A DNA stretch of 64,000 nt from Candidatus Marinacidobacterales bacterium (GCA_965219415.1 CBDCNP010000002.1:800001-864000); one strand, 5' to 3'; shown: positions 18,275 through 30,026, counted from the stretch's first letter. The notes: generated by a model from the sequence alone, not told the origin. A program made the numbers and translations.

Positions 18275-19057
18275 TCAGGCGCCCATCCCCACCGCGACAA
18301 CCAGCACTAGCGCTTCGCTCAATTCGGTGTTCGCACCCAGGGTGTCACCGGTGATTCCACCGATTCGCCGGCGAAACCATCGACCCATCAACAAGGTTAG
18401 AGCTGCGACGGCGATCCAACATTTGGCGCCAACCACGCCGCCCACAGAAAGAGTGATGCCCCCCGCGATAACAGTTGCACCGACGAGCTCCAGCCACCCT
18501 ACATGCTCAGTCACCGCCATTCCCAGTCCGCCACGCGGTTCCCGGGCGTAAGGGAGAAATCGCCCCAGCGCTACCGTGGCCCAGCGCGCGAGGGTTGGTG
18601 AAAGGATCAGGAAGAGTACCGCAGCTTCGCTTGCGATCAGGACACTCAGCGCCGTTACTTTGATCGCGAGCAAGAAAATCAGGGCAACGACGCCGTAGGA
18701 GCCCAACGTGGGGTCTCTCATAATCTTCAGACGATCCTCGCGCGTTTGTCCGCCGCCGAGTCCGTCAGCGGTGTCCGCCAGCCCGTCGAGATGGATGGCG
18801 CCGGTCAGCCATGCGGAAAACGCGGTAACGAGAAGCGCGGTGAGCGGCGCTGGCAACCAGGGCGCGCCGAAGTGCAAATCACCTCCATCGATGTGAACGG
18901 ACAATAGCTTCAACACCGCCACCGCGGCAGCACCGATCCCCGCACCGACGAGTGGAAAGAAGAGAGTCGCCCGGCCCACGTCGACCGACTGGAATTCCCC
19001 AGCCCCCGGAACCGGAACTCGGGTCAGAAAAGAAACCGCGGCCGCGACCCGCCTCAT
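18275..19057 (-). CDS. cobS: Adenosylcobinamide-GDP ribazoletransferase
   Basis: 'FLTRVP', 'TGAIHLDGLADTADG', 'IMRDP', 'GGITGDTLGA'. Confidence 0.95.
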   Translation of the reverse strand: MRRVAAAVSFLTRVPVPGAGEFQSVDVGRATLFFPLVGAGIGAAAVAVLKLLSVHIDGGDLHFGAPWLPAPLTALLVTAFSAWLTGAIHLDGLADTADGLGGGQTREDRLKIMRDPTLGSYGVVALIFLLAIKVTALSVLIASEAAVLFLILSPTLARWATVALGRFLPYAREPRGGLGMAVTEHVGWLELVGATVIAGGITLSVGGVVGAKCWIAVAALTLLMGRWFRRRIGGITGDTLGANTELSEALVLVVAVGMGA

Positions 19058-19061
19058 TGCC

Positions 19062-20606
19062 TCACTGGTCCAACTCGAGCCAACCGAGAACAGCGTTCAC
19101 GTCCATCACTTCACGGACACAGCCGGCGAGACGGTCGAAGCGGGATTCTCGCTCGGCGGAGAAGAACACGAGCTCGGACGGCGAAGTGAGCCCGCAGGCG
19201 GCGCGGCCCGCGCATACGAACGCATGCCGAAAACGATCGGAGTCAAACAGACCGTGGAGGTAGGTGCCGATGGTCAGTCCGTCGGAGCTCACCACCCCGT
19301 CGCGTCGTTCTTCCGATTGGCCCTCACGACGGAGAGCGAAGATAGGAGTGGCCCCCTCATGGTACTTAGTCCGTCCTAGATGGATCTCATAACCTTCGAG
19401 CTCGCAGCCATCCATGACCTTTCCGAAGAGGTTCGGCTCCATCAGGCGGGCATATGACCTCACCGTGATCTTTTCCGGCGCTAAGAAGGTTTCGACCGGC
19501 AGAAGCCCGAGCCCCCTCACCCTCCCGCCTCCCTCCATGCCCTCCGGATCACGAAGCTCCTCTCCTAGAATCTGCATGCCGCCGCAGATCCCGACGGTGA
19601 TCCCGCCGCGGCTCGCGTGTGTGCGAACGGCGGCGTCCCAACCATGGCGTCTAAGCCACGCCAGATCGCCACTCGTTTGTTTGGACCCCGGCAGGATGAT
19701 GATATCGGCGCGGTCGGTATCTCTGGGTTGAGTCAAGTAGGCCAAAGCAACGGCAGGCTCGGCGGCGAGCGCATCGAAATCCGTAAAGTTTGACATAAAC
19801 GGATACGCGACGACGCCGATCTTGAGTCGGCGCTCCGTGCCCCCTGTTTCCAACCAGTCATCAGGCAAGCCGCTCCGATCTTCGACCGCCACACTGTCTT
19901 CTTCTTCCAAGCCCACGTCTTTCAAGTAAGGCACAACGCCCATGCACGGTTTTCCAATACGCTTCTCGATGAAGTCGATCCCCGGCTGCAAGAGCGCCCG
20001 GTCGCCGCGAAACTTGTTGATCAGAAAACCTCGCACCCGGAGTCGTTCGTCTGCATCGAGTAATTCGAGTGTACCTAGGAGTGCTGCGAAAACCCCCCCG
20101 CGATCAATGTCCCCCACCAGCAGACACGCGGCATCGGCTAGCTCCGCCATCCGAAGGTTGACGATGTCGTGCTCCTTAAGGTTGATCTCAACCGGAGAGC
20201 CTGCGCCTTCGAGCACGATGACGTCATGGTCGCTGGCGAGACGCCGGTAAGATTCGACCACCGTCGGGTACAGCGCCTCCACGCGCCCCTGATGATAATC
20301 CGCTGCAGAAACCTGGCCCCATACTCGCCCGCGGACGATCACCTGTGCCGACGTATCGGAGGACGGCTTGATGAGAACCGGATTCATGTCCACACTCGCC
20401 GGCACGCCTGCGGCATCGGCCTGCATGGCCTGCGCCCGTCCGATCTCGAGACCTTCTGGCGTGGCGGCCGAATTGAGTGACATGTTCTGAGCCTTGAACG
20501 GCGCCACCCGGTACCCCTCCTGTGCCACGATCCGGCACAGAGTCGCGGTCATTAATGATTTACCCGCGTGGGATCCCGTCCCCAGTACCATTCACGCCTT
20601 CGCCAT
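19062..20606 (-). CDS. cobQ: Cobyric acid synthase; in-frame TGA at codon 5 (the ORF from ATG 20591 is otherwise intact)
   Basis: ATG GCG AAG GCG TGA ATG GTA; then 'GTGSHAGKS', 'PFKAQNMSLN', 'EGAGSP', 'GICGGMQ', 'GTYLHG'. Confidence 0.9.
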
Positions 20607-20624
20607 TTCGGCTTCTTCTCCGAA

Positions 20625-21203
20625 TCACCAGGCTCGCGACCAGCGGGGCCCCGGGTGTTTCTCGTCACGCAGCCGCCCGTCGACCCCCGCCTCCTTTTCC
20701 AGCCGTCGCCCGAACAACCAAAGGAGATCGGAGAGCCGGTTGAGGTAGGGAACGACTTGGGGATCGACCTCCTCGCCGGACTCCACCAACCGAACCACTC
20801 CGCGTTCTGCACGGCGACAAATGGTGCGAGCCATATCGAAAGCCGCAGCTGCGGCGTGCTCTCCCGGAAGTGCCCAATCGTCGAGGAGGCCCTCGAGCTT
20901 CTCGATGCGGTTGACATCCCGCGTCAATGCCTCGACGTTCTCCTTTGTTGTCGCAGGTATCTCTTTCGTCTTCGTCTCCGGACTCGTCGCGACGGACGAG
21001 CTCACCACGAACAACTCACGTTGGATCTCCTTCGTCCGCTCGCGCACTTCGGAGTTCTCGCAAATCGCACGCGCGAATCCCATCGTCGATATCAACTCAT
21101 CGATGGCGCCGTACGCTTCCACACGAACCGCGCCCTTCGACACACGCCGACCGTCGATCAAACTCGTCTGCCCGTCGTCACCACGCTTCGTCGAGATACT
21201 CAT
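20625..21203 (-). CDS. PduO-type cob(I)alamin adenosyltransferase
   Basis: 'TKRGDDGQTSL', 'RVEAYGAIDEL', 'ARTICRRAER', 'YLNRLSDLLW'. Confidence 0.93.
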   Translation of the reverse strand: MSISTKRGDDGQTSLIDGRRVSKGAVRVEAYGAIDELISTMGFARAICENSEVRERTKEIQRELFVVSSSVATSPETKTKEIPATTKENVEALTRDVNRIEKLEGLLDDWALPGEHAAAAAFDMARTICRRAERGVVRLVESGEEVDPQVVPYLNRLSDLLWLFGRRLEKEAGVDGRLRDEKHPGPRWSRAW

Positions 21204-21226
21204 AGCATCCTCACATCGTTACATCC

Positions 21227-22267
21227 TTACAGGGCTGAGTAGCGCTGCCGGCGCCTCAGCAGCCACAGAAAAGTCGGTCCTCCAACGAGCGCCGTCACCG
21301 CTCCCACCGGGAGCTCGCTCCCGCCGAGCACTGTGCGCGCCACGGCATCGGCCAACACGAGAAAGGACGCGCCAAGGAGTAAGGAACAAGGCACGACGAT
21401 GCGTACGTCCTCTCCAAACATGACCCGCGCTGCATGAGGAACAATCAATCCAACGAATCCGATGGGGCCTGCCACGGCAACGGTTGCTCCCACGATCAAG
21501 GAAGAGGCGGCGTAAACGATCTTCTCTACGCGGCGCACGTCGACGCCTAGACTGATCGCGGTTTCCTCGTCCACTGCCAACAGATGGAGGTCGCGGGCCG
21601 AAACCACCAGCATGACCAGGCCCGGGAGAACGAAGAGAGCCAATCGCCACACCAAGCTGAATCCGACCACGTCCAGACTGCCGATCATCCACCGAAGGAT
21701 CTGCAGGGCTCGGGTATAGTCCGCAAGGAACTGGATCACCAGTACGCCAGCGGCGGCGATTAGGTTCAGCACTATCCCGGCGAGAAGTAACGCACCAGGT
21801 AGAACGATGGCCCCCGTCGAAGCCAACCGATAGACAACGAAGACCGCCGCTCCCGCTCCAATGAAGGCGGCGACGAAGACCAGCGGGATGCCGCCGACCC
21901 GCGCACCGAGATCCAGCGCGATCGCCACGCTGGCGCCGAACGCGCCGCCGCCCGAGACTCCGAGCGTGAACGGATCGGCCAGTGGATTACGAAACAGCGC
22001 TTGTAGAGCAGCGCCAACCACGGCTAGAGACGCCCCGACCAGAACGCCAAGTGCAACACGAGGAAGTCGTATTTGGAAGAAGATCATCCGTGTCGTTTCA
22101 TCTAGGCGAAGTGCCGTCCAATCGACTCGCTGATAACCCGACAAGAGGGCGATCCATATCGCTAGACCGAGAACTCCAAACAAGAGGATGAGAGGCCCCT
22201 TGAAGCTCCGGGAGGCGGGCCGGGTTGCAACCGGCGTCGATGCAAGACCTGTCGCTTGTTGAAGCAT
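21227..22267 (-). CDS. btuC: Cobalamin ABC transporter permease (BtuC/FecCD family)
   Basis: 'IRLPRV', 'LFRNPLADP', 'GPIGFVGLIVPH', 'ELPVG'; located in the B12-riboswitch operon. Confidence 0.88.
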   Translation of the reverse strand: MLQQATGLASTPVATRPASRSFKGPLILLFGVLGLAIWIALLSGYQRVDWTALRLDETTRMIFFQIRLPRVALGVLVGASLAVVGAALQALFRNPLADPFTLGVSGGGAFGASVAIALDLGARVGGIPLVFVAAFIGAGAAVFVVYRLASTGAIVLPGALLLAGIVLNLIAAAGVLVIQFLADYTRALQILRWMIGSLDVVGFSLVWRLALFVLPGLVMLVVSARDLHLLAVDEETAISLGVDVRRVEKIVYAASSLIVGATVAVAGPIGFVGLIVPHAARVMFGEDVRIVVPCSLLLGASFLVLADAVARTVLGGSELPVGAVTALVGGPTFLWLLRRRQRYSAL

Positions 22268-23049
22268 CACCACTCCGACCATACGAATGTGCGTCCGTCC
22301 ATCTGCCGGGAGCGGACATTCGGGTCCCCATAGATCTCCACTAACTTGTTCTGGCGCAATACCGCCGAAGGGCTGCCCTCCGCCACGATCTCGCCAGCAC
22401 GCATGGCGAATGCGTAGTCGAGTCCCGGGTCGAGCAGTTGAAGGTCGTGAGTGACCATCACCGTCGTTAAACCTCGCTGGTCGCGGAGGCGCCGCAGCGT
22501 GCTGATGAGCCGTGCGCGGTGTTTCAGATCCAGCGACGCGGACGGCTCATCGAGTAGCATGCAATCGGCGTCTTGTGCGAGGACCCGCGCCACCGCCACC
22601 AGTTGACGCTCTCCGGCCGAAAGCTCCGTTACTGGACGCGACTCCAGGCTCAGAGCATCCACCGTGGCCAGTGCTCGACGGGCCACTTCTCGGTCAGTCT
22701 CGTTCTCGAAACGGAAACGAGGTGTGTAAGGGCTGCGCCCGGTCAGCACGACTTCGAGCGCGGTAAAAGGAAAGACCGTGCTGTGCGTTTGGGAGACGTA
22801 CCCGACGCGGGTTGCCAGACGACGTCGATCGAGTGCCGCAAGAGATCTTCCTTCGAAGCGGATCTCGCCCTCGAGAGGCGCCAAGATGCCGGCCAGCAAA
22901 CGTAACAGGGTCGATTTTCCCGACCCGTTGGGTCCGATGACTGCACAAAAGCTCCCCTGCCGGATTGAGAGGGAAACACCACGCACCGCCTCGACGCTTC
23001 GCGAGTAGTCGAAACGGACGTTGCAAGCTTCTAACAATGGCGAGTTCAC
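22267..23049 (-). CDS. btuD: Cobalamin ABC transporter ATP-binding protein
   Basis: GPNGSGKST, LSAGERQ, LLDEP, THDL. Confidence 0.88.
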   Translation of the reverse strand: MNSPLLEACNVRFDYSRSVEAVRGVSLSIRQGSFCAVIGPNGSGKSTLLRLLAGILAPLEGEIRFEGRSLAALDRRRLATRVGYVSQTHSTVFPFTALEVVLTGRSPYTPRFRFENETDREVARRALATVDALSLESRPVTELSAGERQLVAVARVLAQDADCMLLDEPSASLDLKHRARLISTLRRLRDQRGLTTVMVTHDLQLLDPGLDYAFAMRAGEIVAEGSPSAVLRQNKLVEIYGDPNVRSRQMDGRTFVWSEW

Positions 23050-23057
23050 GCTACCGC

Positions 23058-23966
23058 TCAGTCCTCGAACGCTTCAAGGTGGAGAAACTCGGCAATCTGG
23101 CGCGCTGTCTTTCCGACAAACTGGGAGGGATGGATCAGTTGCGTATCCCGCAGCGGATAGACTCGGCCCTCTTCCACAGCGCGGACATTGTCGAGGTCGC
23201 GCCACACGCCGCTCGGATCTTCTGCGAGCTTCGTATTCCCCGCGATGAGGGTCACCGGAGCCGCCACTGCTTGCACCATGTCGAGAATCACGTCGGGGTT
23301 TAGCGACACCACGGCTTCGGCGGTTATCTTGACGTAGTTGTGGGTCGCGGGCGGCAGCAGCGGCTGACCGCCCGCAATCTCGATAAGATCGGCGAAATAG
23401 CTTCCTTTTGTCGCCACATAAAGATCCCGGAGCGTCCCCGGCAGGCGATCGACGACACAGAGCACGCGCGGTCGCGGTAGATCGGCGGTCCGACGACGAA
23501 CGTCTTCGAACTCGGCTCGAACCCGCTGCGCAAGTCGCCTACTTTCCGCGCCCCGCCCCACCGCACGACCGATGTCAATGATGGACGAAAAAACGTCGTC
23601 GAGAGACTGACTGCCAACGACCAAGCTCCGGATGCCAAGCGCCTGGAGGCGGTCTTGGATGAACGGCGCTTGGGCATCGGTCATGACAACCAAATCCGGC
23701 TCGAGCGATAGGACGCGCTCCAAACTCGTGTTCTGCCAACCCCCGACCCTAGGCAGGGCTTTTGCCTGGGGAGGGTACTCGCAAAACGTGGAAACGGCTA
23801 CGACCCGGTCGAAGGCGCCGACGCCAAAGAGAATCTCCGTGACGCTGGGCGAGAGCGAAATGATGGCTCGGGGGATTCTCGGCTCGCCACCAGCCCGGAT
23901 CTCTCCGGCGAACAGCAACAACGCGACCGCGGCCGCGATGGGGTGCGTTCGAAAGCGCAACATCAT
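23058..23966 (-). CDS. btuF: Periplasmic cobalamin-binding protein
   Basis: Signal peptide, 'IISLSPSVTEILF', 'STFCEYP', 'LEPDLV'. Confidence 0.85.
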   Translation of the reverse strand: MMLRFRTHPIAAAVALLLFAGEIRAGGEPRIPRAIISLSPSVTEILFGVGAFDRVVAVSTFCEYPPQAKALPRVGGWQNTSLERVLSLEPDLVVMTDAQAPFIQDRLQALGIRSLVVGSQSLDDVFSSIIDIGRAVGRGAESRRLAQRVRAEFEDVRRRTADLPRPRVLCVVDRLPGTLRDLYVATKGSYFADLIEIAGGQPLLPPATHNYVKITAEAVVSLNPDVILDMVQAVAAPVTLIAGNTKLAEDPSGVWRDLDNVRAVEEGRVYPLRDTQLIHPSQFVGKTARQIAEFLHLEAFED

Positions 23967-23980
23967 CTGTTCGGTTCTGA

Positions 23981-26408
23981 TTAGAACTGGAACGCCGCCC
24001 CGGCCACCGCGGTTCGGCCGGGCATGCGAAAACCATTCTCGAAGTTCTCCCGGTCGAACAAGTTCTCGACCTTGCCGAAGAAACGCACACCCTTGGCTCC
24101 GGCGAGCGGCCAAGTGTAGCTCGCCCCGAGATCCGCCTTCACAATGCCACCGAATCGATAGGTCCGGCTCACGAACGTGACCGGATCGAAAACCGGCGCG
24201 AAGTAACTATCCGACGCGTTGAGCTCGAAGTTCACGTAGAAATCCCGGGCCAGATACTGCGTCGCCACCAACGAGAACTGGTGCTTCGGAATGACGAAAG
24301 CTTGCGTTAGCGCCTCGTCACCCGCGGCGGGCGGCTCGGTGTCGGTGTAGGTATAGGCGACAGCAACATGCAAAGATTCGGTGGGCGTCGCGGCAGAGCT
24401 CAATTCCAGACCCCGGGCGCCTCCCCCCTCGACTCTGCGGTAGCCACCGAAGCGTCCGAACGGATCGGTAGCCGGATCAATAGCACCGGTGAAGTCGAAA
24501 ACGATGACCTCCTTGAGGCGGGTGTCGAAGAAGGTTGCCGAAAGGCTCAACCGTTGGCTAAGCAGTACCTGGTCCACGCCGATATCGTAGCCAAGCGAGC
24601 GCTCCGGCTTGAGCCGCGGATCCCCGAATACCGAATACCCGAACGTGCTGAAAAAAGTACCGAAACGCTCGAACAGCGACGGGGCACGGTACGCGTTCCC
24701 CAAGTGGGCTCGCAGCTTGGTGCCAGAGCTCCGAAAGAAGTAGGCCACCGAACCATCTCCGGTAAGCGCACGCGGCGGATCTTCCACTTGAACCCCCGCG
24801 TAGGGCGCATTCTCGACCGGTGCGAAGATAGGATCGGCCAGGGAGAAAAACTGGGCCCGAAAGGCCCCGGAGACTTGTAATGAGCCGTCAAGAAAGGTCA
24901 GCTGATCTTGAATAAAAAACGTATTGCTGCTTTGTGTCACATCCACCGAAGAGTTCTCCGCGGTATTCTCAGGGAACGAGAAATTGATAAAGGTCTCGGT
25001 TTCGAACTCGTACCCGGCAGTGAAAAAATTCCAGGAAACGAGCTCGAAATCAGCCAGTGCGTAGAACGTGTGGACGCGGCCGTCGAACTCCGACAATGTC
25101 TCGCGACCCGGCTCGAACGATACGCCTTGAGGCCCGTCTTTGAACGCGCGGTCGGTTATCAAGCCGTGATATGCAAGGGTGTATCCAAAAGTCTCCGATG
25201 GTTTTTGCTCGAAACTGACCGCTGCGGAGACCAAGCGGGTGTCTCGGGTGCTATCCGGATCATTAGCCGAGGGAATGAGATTTGCCGCGCCGAGATCGAG
25301 CTCTGACACGGGAGCCCCTTCCTCGAAGCGCCTCACCTCCGATTGCGAGAGAGGCACCGCCTCAATGATTCCCGTAGCGGGAATCGATCCAACCGATTGC
25401 GGCGTTTCGTTGACCTTCGAGAAGGTGTCTGCGGTATAGAGCCTCGCCGACAGCGTCGTCGTGGCGGAGGGGCGCCAGCGAATCTGCCCTTGCACGCTGG
25501 TGTTCTTCGCTTCATCGTCGCCGTCCAATCCCTCGCCGACGTTCACGTGCGACAGACCGATGCTATAGGTCACGCGATCTTCGCTGAGTCCTCCCGCAAT
25601 ACGCGCCCGCCCGCGAAAGAAATCGAGCGAGCCACCCTCGAGCAGCAAGCTACCCCGGGGAGGCCCTCCGCCCTGGGCGGTGACGATATTGATGACTCCG
25701 CCTACCGCGTTTGTCCCGTAGAGCGACGAGCCGGAGCCACGCAAGATTTCGATTCGGTCGAGATCGTTTACCACCAAGCTCTCCATCAACGCGGAGGCAT
25801 CTCCCTGCGTCGATGCGGCGTCCCGAAGCCGGAAACCATCCAACAAAACCGCGGTGTCTTCGCTGCGCAGCCCCCGAATCTTGATGGAAACGAAGGCTCC
25901 GGGGCCGCCCAGCTGCTGAACCCGTAACCCGGGGACCGGGCGGAGAGCCTCCGCAATCGAAAACTCGTTGCGAGCTTCGATTTCCTTATCGTCTACGACG
26001 GTGATGGCCTTCGACACTTGGTCGACGGTTTGTGCGCTACCGGAAGCGGTCACCACGACGTTCTCGTGAACCGCGGCCAACTCCAGTTTAAAGTCCGCGA
26101 CCAAAGAGCCCCCCTGGGCCAACGTAACGGTTCGCACTTCGGCTCGCGAAAAGCCGGGTGCTTCGGTGTTGATCAAGTATTCACCGCCGCCGAGGCGCTC
26201 GAATCGATGCGTACCCGACTCATCGGTGAGCACAGAAAGTCGCACCCGGTTGTCGCGAGTGAAAAGCGATACCTTGGCACGAGCGATCATCGCGCCCTGT
26301 GGATCCTGGATGCGCACCGTGATAGTGCCGGTGGTTTCCTGTGCAGCGGATGAAGTTGCAACCCCCAAAGCCCAGAGCACAACTGCAAGCAAGAGCTTCG
26401 TCCTCATC
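23981..26408 (-). CDS. btuB: TonB-dependent cobalamin receptor with N-terminal carboxypeptidase-regulatory-like domain
   Basis: 'ENVVVTAS', plug motifs 'IRGL', 'RIEILRGSGSSLYG..AVGGVINIVT', C-terminal Phe; first gene after the B12 riboswitch. Confidence 0.88.
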
Positions 26409-26500
26409 AGTAGACCTCCCACTCTGACGCCCTTCGGCGTCGTTGAAGATCCGGACGAGCGGAGTGGGGTCTCGGCGGCAGGCTGGGAGAGCGAGGACGC

Positions 26501-26543
26501 AAAAAGAAAAAGCTCCTCACTCTTCCAGGGAAGAACGAGGAGC
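26501..26543 (-). terminator. Intrinsic terminator (riboswitch expression platform)
   Basis: Minus strand GCTCCTCGTTCTTCC-CT-GGAAGAGTGAGGAGC followed by TTTTTCTTTTT, between the aptamer and btuB. Confidence 0.8.
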
Positions 26544-26601
26544 CTGATGTTTCCTGCCCTCGAAACCGGACTCTTCCCATCGAAGAGTCACCCGACTTCT
26601 G

Positions 26602-26790
26602 GGCTCAGGCAGGTTTCCTGACTTGAGGATCGGTCGCCGCCGCCTGCCTTCCCTCCCTTACGGAAGTGGCTGTCCACCCCTTATCAATAAGGTTCGAACC
26701 AAGGCGGCCGGCTCTCCTACTCACAGTGGCGTGGGCCGTTGGGGCATCTCACCCCATTCCCTATTACCCCGCGATTCGGGCACCTGAGCC
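26602..26790 (-). ncRNA. Cobalamin riboswitch
   Basis: Minus strand GGCTCAGGTGC...TAATAGGGAATGGGGTGAGATGCCCCAACGG..GCCACTGTGA...GCCACT...GGGAAGGC...AAGTCAGGAAACCTGCCTGAGCC; P1 is GGCTCAGG/CCTGAGCC. Confidence 0.95.
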
Positions 26791-27020
26791 TGTCCGTATT
26801 CAGTTGTCGCCGGAAGTATAGGTGGTGCCATTCAGGGAAAGCAAGGTCGACGACAAGAAAAAGGATCTTGGCGATTTGCGCCTCCGAGCCGTCGAGCGCC
26901 AAAGCTCGTTGCATCAACAGATACAGTGGATGCTTCGTCCCGCGCTATACTTGGATGGTGGGAAAGAAGGCGTCCGTAGTTCTCGGAGCTTTCGACCGCC
27001 GTTCCGTCAGGAGGTGCTCG

Positions 27021-27539
27021 ATGAACAGGCGAGATTTCTTCAAGGCCGGACTGGGGCTCGCAGTCCCCGCGTGGTTGGCTCTAACGAAGGAAGGCATACC
27101 CATGGGAACTACACAGGAGGAAATCAAGAAACTCGAGAAATCGAAGAAAGAGTGGCGCGAGCTCCTCGACGAGGATGCCTATCGAGTGCTCTTCAAAGAC
27201 GGGACGGAACGCGCCTATACGAGCCCGTTAAACAATGAGAAGCGCAAGGGAACCTTCGTCTGCGCCGCGTGCTATCTGCCTCTATTCAAGTCGGAGACGA
27301 AATACGATAGTCGTACCGGCTGGCCCAGTTTCTTCCGTCCGATCGACGGCCGCACCGGCACGAAGAGAGATTTCAAACTCGTTGTGCCGAGGACCGAATA
27401 TCACTGCATCCGCTGCGGTGGTCATCAGGGTCATATATTCAAGGATGGCCCCCGACCGACCGGCCAAAGATGGTGCAATAACGGCGTGGCGCTGAAGTTC
27501 GTCCCCGAGAGCGACGAGCTTCCGTCGCTTCGGCAGTAA
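27021..27539 (+). CDS. msrB: Peptide-methionine (R)-S-oxide reductase with Tat signal
   Basis: RBS AGGAGG; MNRRDFFK leader; 'CAAC', 'GWPSF', 'CIRCGGHQGHIF.DGP', 'RWCNNG'. Confidence 0.95.
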   Translation: MNRRDFFKAGLGLAVPAWLALTKEGIPMGTTQEEIKKLEKSKKEWRELLDEDAYRVLFKDGTERAYTSPLNNEKRKGTFVCAACYLPLFKSETKYDSRTGWPSFFRPIDGRTGTKRDFKLVVPRTEYHCIRCGGHQGHIFKDGPRPTGQRWCNNGVALKFVPESDELPSLRQ

Positions 27540-27663
27540 AGCTCCCACCCATCTCGTACGTCTGGCCATCAGCCCAGTTCCACATCGGAGCCGTTGCGGT
27601 CTCCACAGGGCCAAACGTTGACAGCACAGTAGATACGCCCTTATACTGGCGTGTTTTCGCTTT

Positions 27664-28836
27664 ATGAGGAAGCTTTCTATTAAAGACCTGGACCTGAAGG
27701 ACCGTCGCGTGTTCATGCGAGTCGATTTCAACGTTCCCCTCGAGGACGGTAAAGTCGCCGACGACACCCGGATCCGCGCAACGCTGCCTTCGCTGCGGCA
27801 TGCCTGCGGAGCCGGTGCGCGGCTGGTGCTCGGTTCGCACCTGGGGCGCCCCAAAGGGGAGCCGAACCCGGCCATGAGCTTGACGCCGGTGGCCGCCCGC
27901 TTGTCGGAACTTTTGGAAATGCCGGTTGGCTTTGCGTCACAGACGCCGGGTCCGGGGACGAAAAAGCAGGTCGACGACCTTCCGGAACGCGTCGTCCTTC
28001 TCGAGAACTTGCGTTTCTCGCCAGGCGAGGAGAGAAACGATTCGACTCTTGCGAGCCAGCTGTCCGCCCTGGGAGAGCTCTATGTAAACGACGCGTTCGG
28101 CACCGCGCACCGTGCACACGCTTCAACGGTCGGGATGGTAAAGCACTTCGATAAGGCGGCGGCCGGTTTCCTGATGGAGAGCGAGCTTCATTACCTCGAC
28201 ATGTGTCTGACTTCGGCACCCCGACCGTTCATCGCACTCATGGGGGGGGCCAAGGTTTCGGACAAGATCGAAGTAGTGAAGAACTTGCTCACCAAGGTCG
28301 ACCGACTTCTTATTGGCGGAGGTATGGCGTACACGTTCCTGAGAGCCAAAGGCCTCGCCACCGGCAACTCTCTCGTCGAAGAAGACAAGATCGGGCTGGC
28401 TGAAGAGTTGTTGCGGCAAGCGGGAGAGAAACTGGAGCTTCCGCGCGATCACGTGGTAGCCGAGTCATTTGATACGGCGACGTCGGTGAAGATCGTTCCA
28501 ACCGGGGAGATTCCCGACGGCTGGATGGGCCTCGACATCGGTCCGGAAACCGTGAGCGCCTACCAGCGAATCCTCGGCGACGCGAAAATGATCGTCTGGA
28601 ACGGTCCGATGGGAGTGTTCGAGAAAGAGCCCTTTGCGACAGGAACGCTCCAGATAGCCGAGGCGGTGGCGTCGAGCGACGCAATGAGCCTCGTTGGCGG
28701 CGGTGACTCTATTCTGGCCGTGCATCGTGCGGGTGTCGCGGACCGAATCACTCACATCTCCACGGGAGGCGGCGCATCGTTGGAGTTCTTGGCGGGCGAC
28801 AAGCTACCCGGTGTCGAGGTCCTGAGCGATGCGTAA
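27664..28836 (+). CDS. pgk: Phosphoglycerate kinase
   Basis: 'RVDFNVP', 'SHLGRPKG', '[11 protein letters not shown]', 'GGAKVSDK', 'STGGGASLE'. Confidence 0.98.
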   Translation: MRKLSIKDLDLKDRRVFMRVDFNVPLEDGKVADDTRIRATLPSLRHACGAGARLVLGSHLGRPKGEPNPAMSLTPVAARLSELLEMPVGFASQTPGPGTKKQVDDLPERVVLLENLRFSPGEERNDSTLASQLSALGELYVNDAFGTAHRAHASTVGMVKHFDKAAAGFLMESELHYLDMCLTSAPRPFIALMGGAKVSDKIEVVKNLLTKVDRLLIGGGMAYTFLRAKGLATGNSLVEEDKIGLAEELLRQAGEKLELPRDHVVAESFDTATSVKIVPTGEIPDGWMGLDIGPETVSAYQRILGDAKMIVWNGPMGVFEKEPFATGTLQIAEAVASSDAMSLVGGGDSILAVHRAGVADRITHISTGGGASLEFLAGDKLPGVEVLSDA

Positions 28837-29587
28837 GCCATTCATCGCGGGCAACTGGAAGATGCACATGAAGACGTCCGAAGCATCGGGGCTGGCCTCG
28901 GAGTTGGTCGCATCTTGTCGCGAGATCGATGGCGTGGATATGGCGGTGGCGCCACCGTTCACCGCGCTCGCCGAAGTAGGAAAAGCGTTAGCCGGCAGCT
29001 CGATCGCATTGGGCGCCCAAAACATGCATTGGGAGGACAAAGGAGCCTTTACCGGTGAGATCGCTCCTTCCATGCTGACCGACGTTGGTTGTCGCTATGT
29101 CATCCTCGGCCACTCCGAGCGCCGACAGTTCTTCGGAGAGACCGACGAGGGCGTCAACCGCAAGGTCCTCGCTGCGTTCAAGCATAAACTTGTTCCGATC
29201 GTGTGCGTGGGAGAATCGGAAGAAGAAAGAGACCGAGGAGTGACTTTCGTTATTGTCGACCGCCAGGTGACCGGCGCGCTGAAAGACGTGGCGGCAAGTC
29301 AGATGGCGAACGTCGTCGTGGCGTATGAACCCCTCTGGGCCATCGGGACTGGGCGCACCGCGACTCCCGCGCAAGCGCAAGAAGTCCATCAAACCATTAG
29401 GGCCAAGTTGGCAGTGCTTTTCGGAAGCGAGACGGCCGACGCGGTACGCATCCTCTACGGCGGCAGCGTCAAGCCCGATAACATTGATTCACTCGTGGCC
29501 GAGGCAGACATCGACGGCGCCCTGGTAGGTGGGGCAAGCCTCAAGGCTGCTTCGTACGTGCGGATCTGCAGATTCGAGAGTAGTTAG
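28829..29587 (+). CDS. tpiA: Triosephosphate isomerase
   Basis: 'AGNWKM', 'GHSERR', '[11 protein letters not shown]', 'YGGSV', 'LVGGASL'. Confidence 0.98.
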   Translation: MRKPFIAGNWKMHMKTSEASGLASELVASCREIDGVDMAVAPPFTALAEVGKALAGSSIALGAQNMHWEDKGAFTGEIAPSMLTDVGCRYVILGHSERRQFFGETDEGVNRKVLAAFKHKLVPIVCVGESEEERDRGVTFVIVDRQVTGALKDVAASQMANVVVAYEPLWAIGTGRTATPAQAQEVHQTIRAKLAVLFGSETADAVRILYGGSVKPDNIDSLVAEADIDGALVGGASLKAASYVRICRFESS

Positions 29588-29598
29588 AAAGGAAGAAC

Positions 29599-30021
29599 AT
29601 GATCATTCTGCTCACCATTCTTCATATTGCTGTCAGCGGGCTTCTGATCCTGGTTGTCCTCGCCCAGCAAGGTAAGGGCCAGGATCTGGCCAGCGCTTTC
29701 GGTGGCGGCGGATCCTCCGCGGCCTTCGGCGCCCGGGGTGCGGCTACATTCCTTGCAAAAATAACGACCATCTGTGCGGTCCTCTTCATGTTGACCTCGC
29801 TGGGGCTCTCGTATCTACGGCCGGCTGTATCCGGAGGGTCCGTCGTTCCATTGGACTCGCCCCCCGGGGAAACCGTGCCGACCGACGTTGGCCCCGAAGA
29901 GACGCCTCCTCCCCAAGGCACCGGCGCACCCGAGGAAGGCGTCGCGTCACCCGAGGGCGAGGCCGAATCGAGTACCGAGCCGACCGCAGGGCCAACTGAA
30001 CCACCCCCAAACCCGGAGTGA
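29599..30021 (+). CDS. secG: Preprotein translocase subunit SecG
   Basis: Two TM segments, 'QQGKGQDLASAFGGGG'; conserved tpiA-secG-tRNA-Leu order. Confidence 0.95.
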   Translation: MIILLTILHIAVSGLLILVVLAQQGKGQDLASAFGGGGSSAAFGARGAATFLAKITTICAVLFMLTSLGLSYLRPAVSGGSVVPLDSPPGETVPTDVGPEETPPPQGTGAPEEGVASPEGEAESSTEPTAGPTEPPPNPE

Positions 30022-30026
30022 AGTTT

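Noticed and set aside
26739-27020. Long N-terminal extension of MsrB in the ORF track
   Set aside because: It overlaps the cobalamin riboswitch and its promoter; a strong RBS and Tat leader place the start at 27021.
27021-27539. Selenoprotein MsrB
   Set aside because: The catalytic residue is encoded as Cys (RWCNNG) and there is no in-frame TGA.
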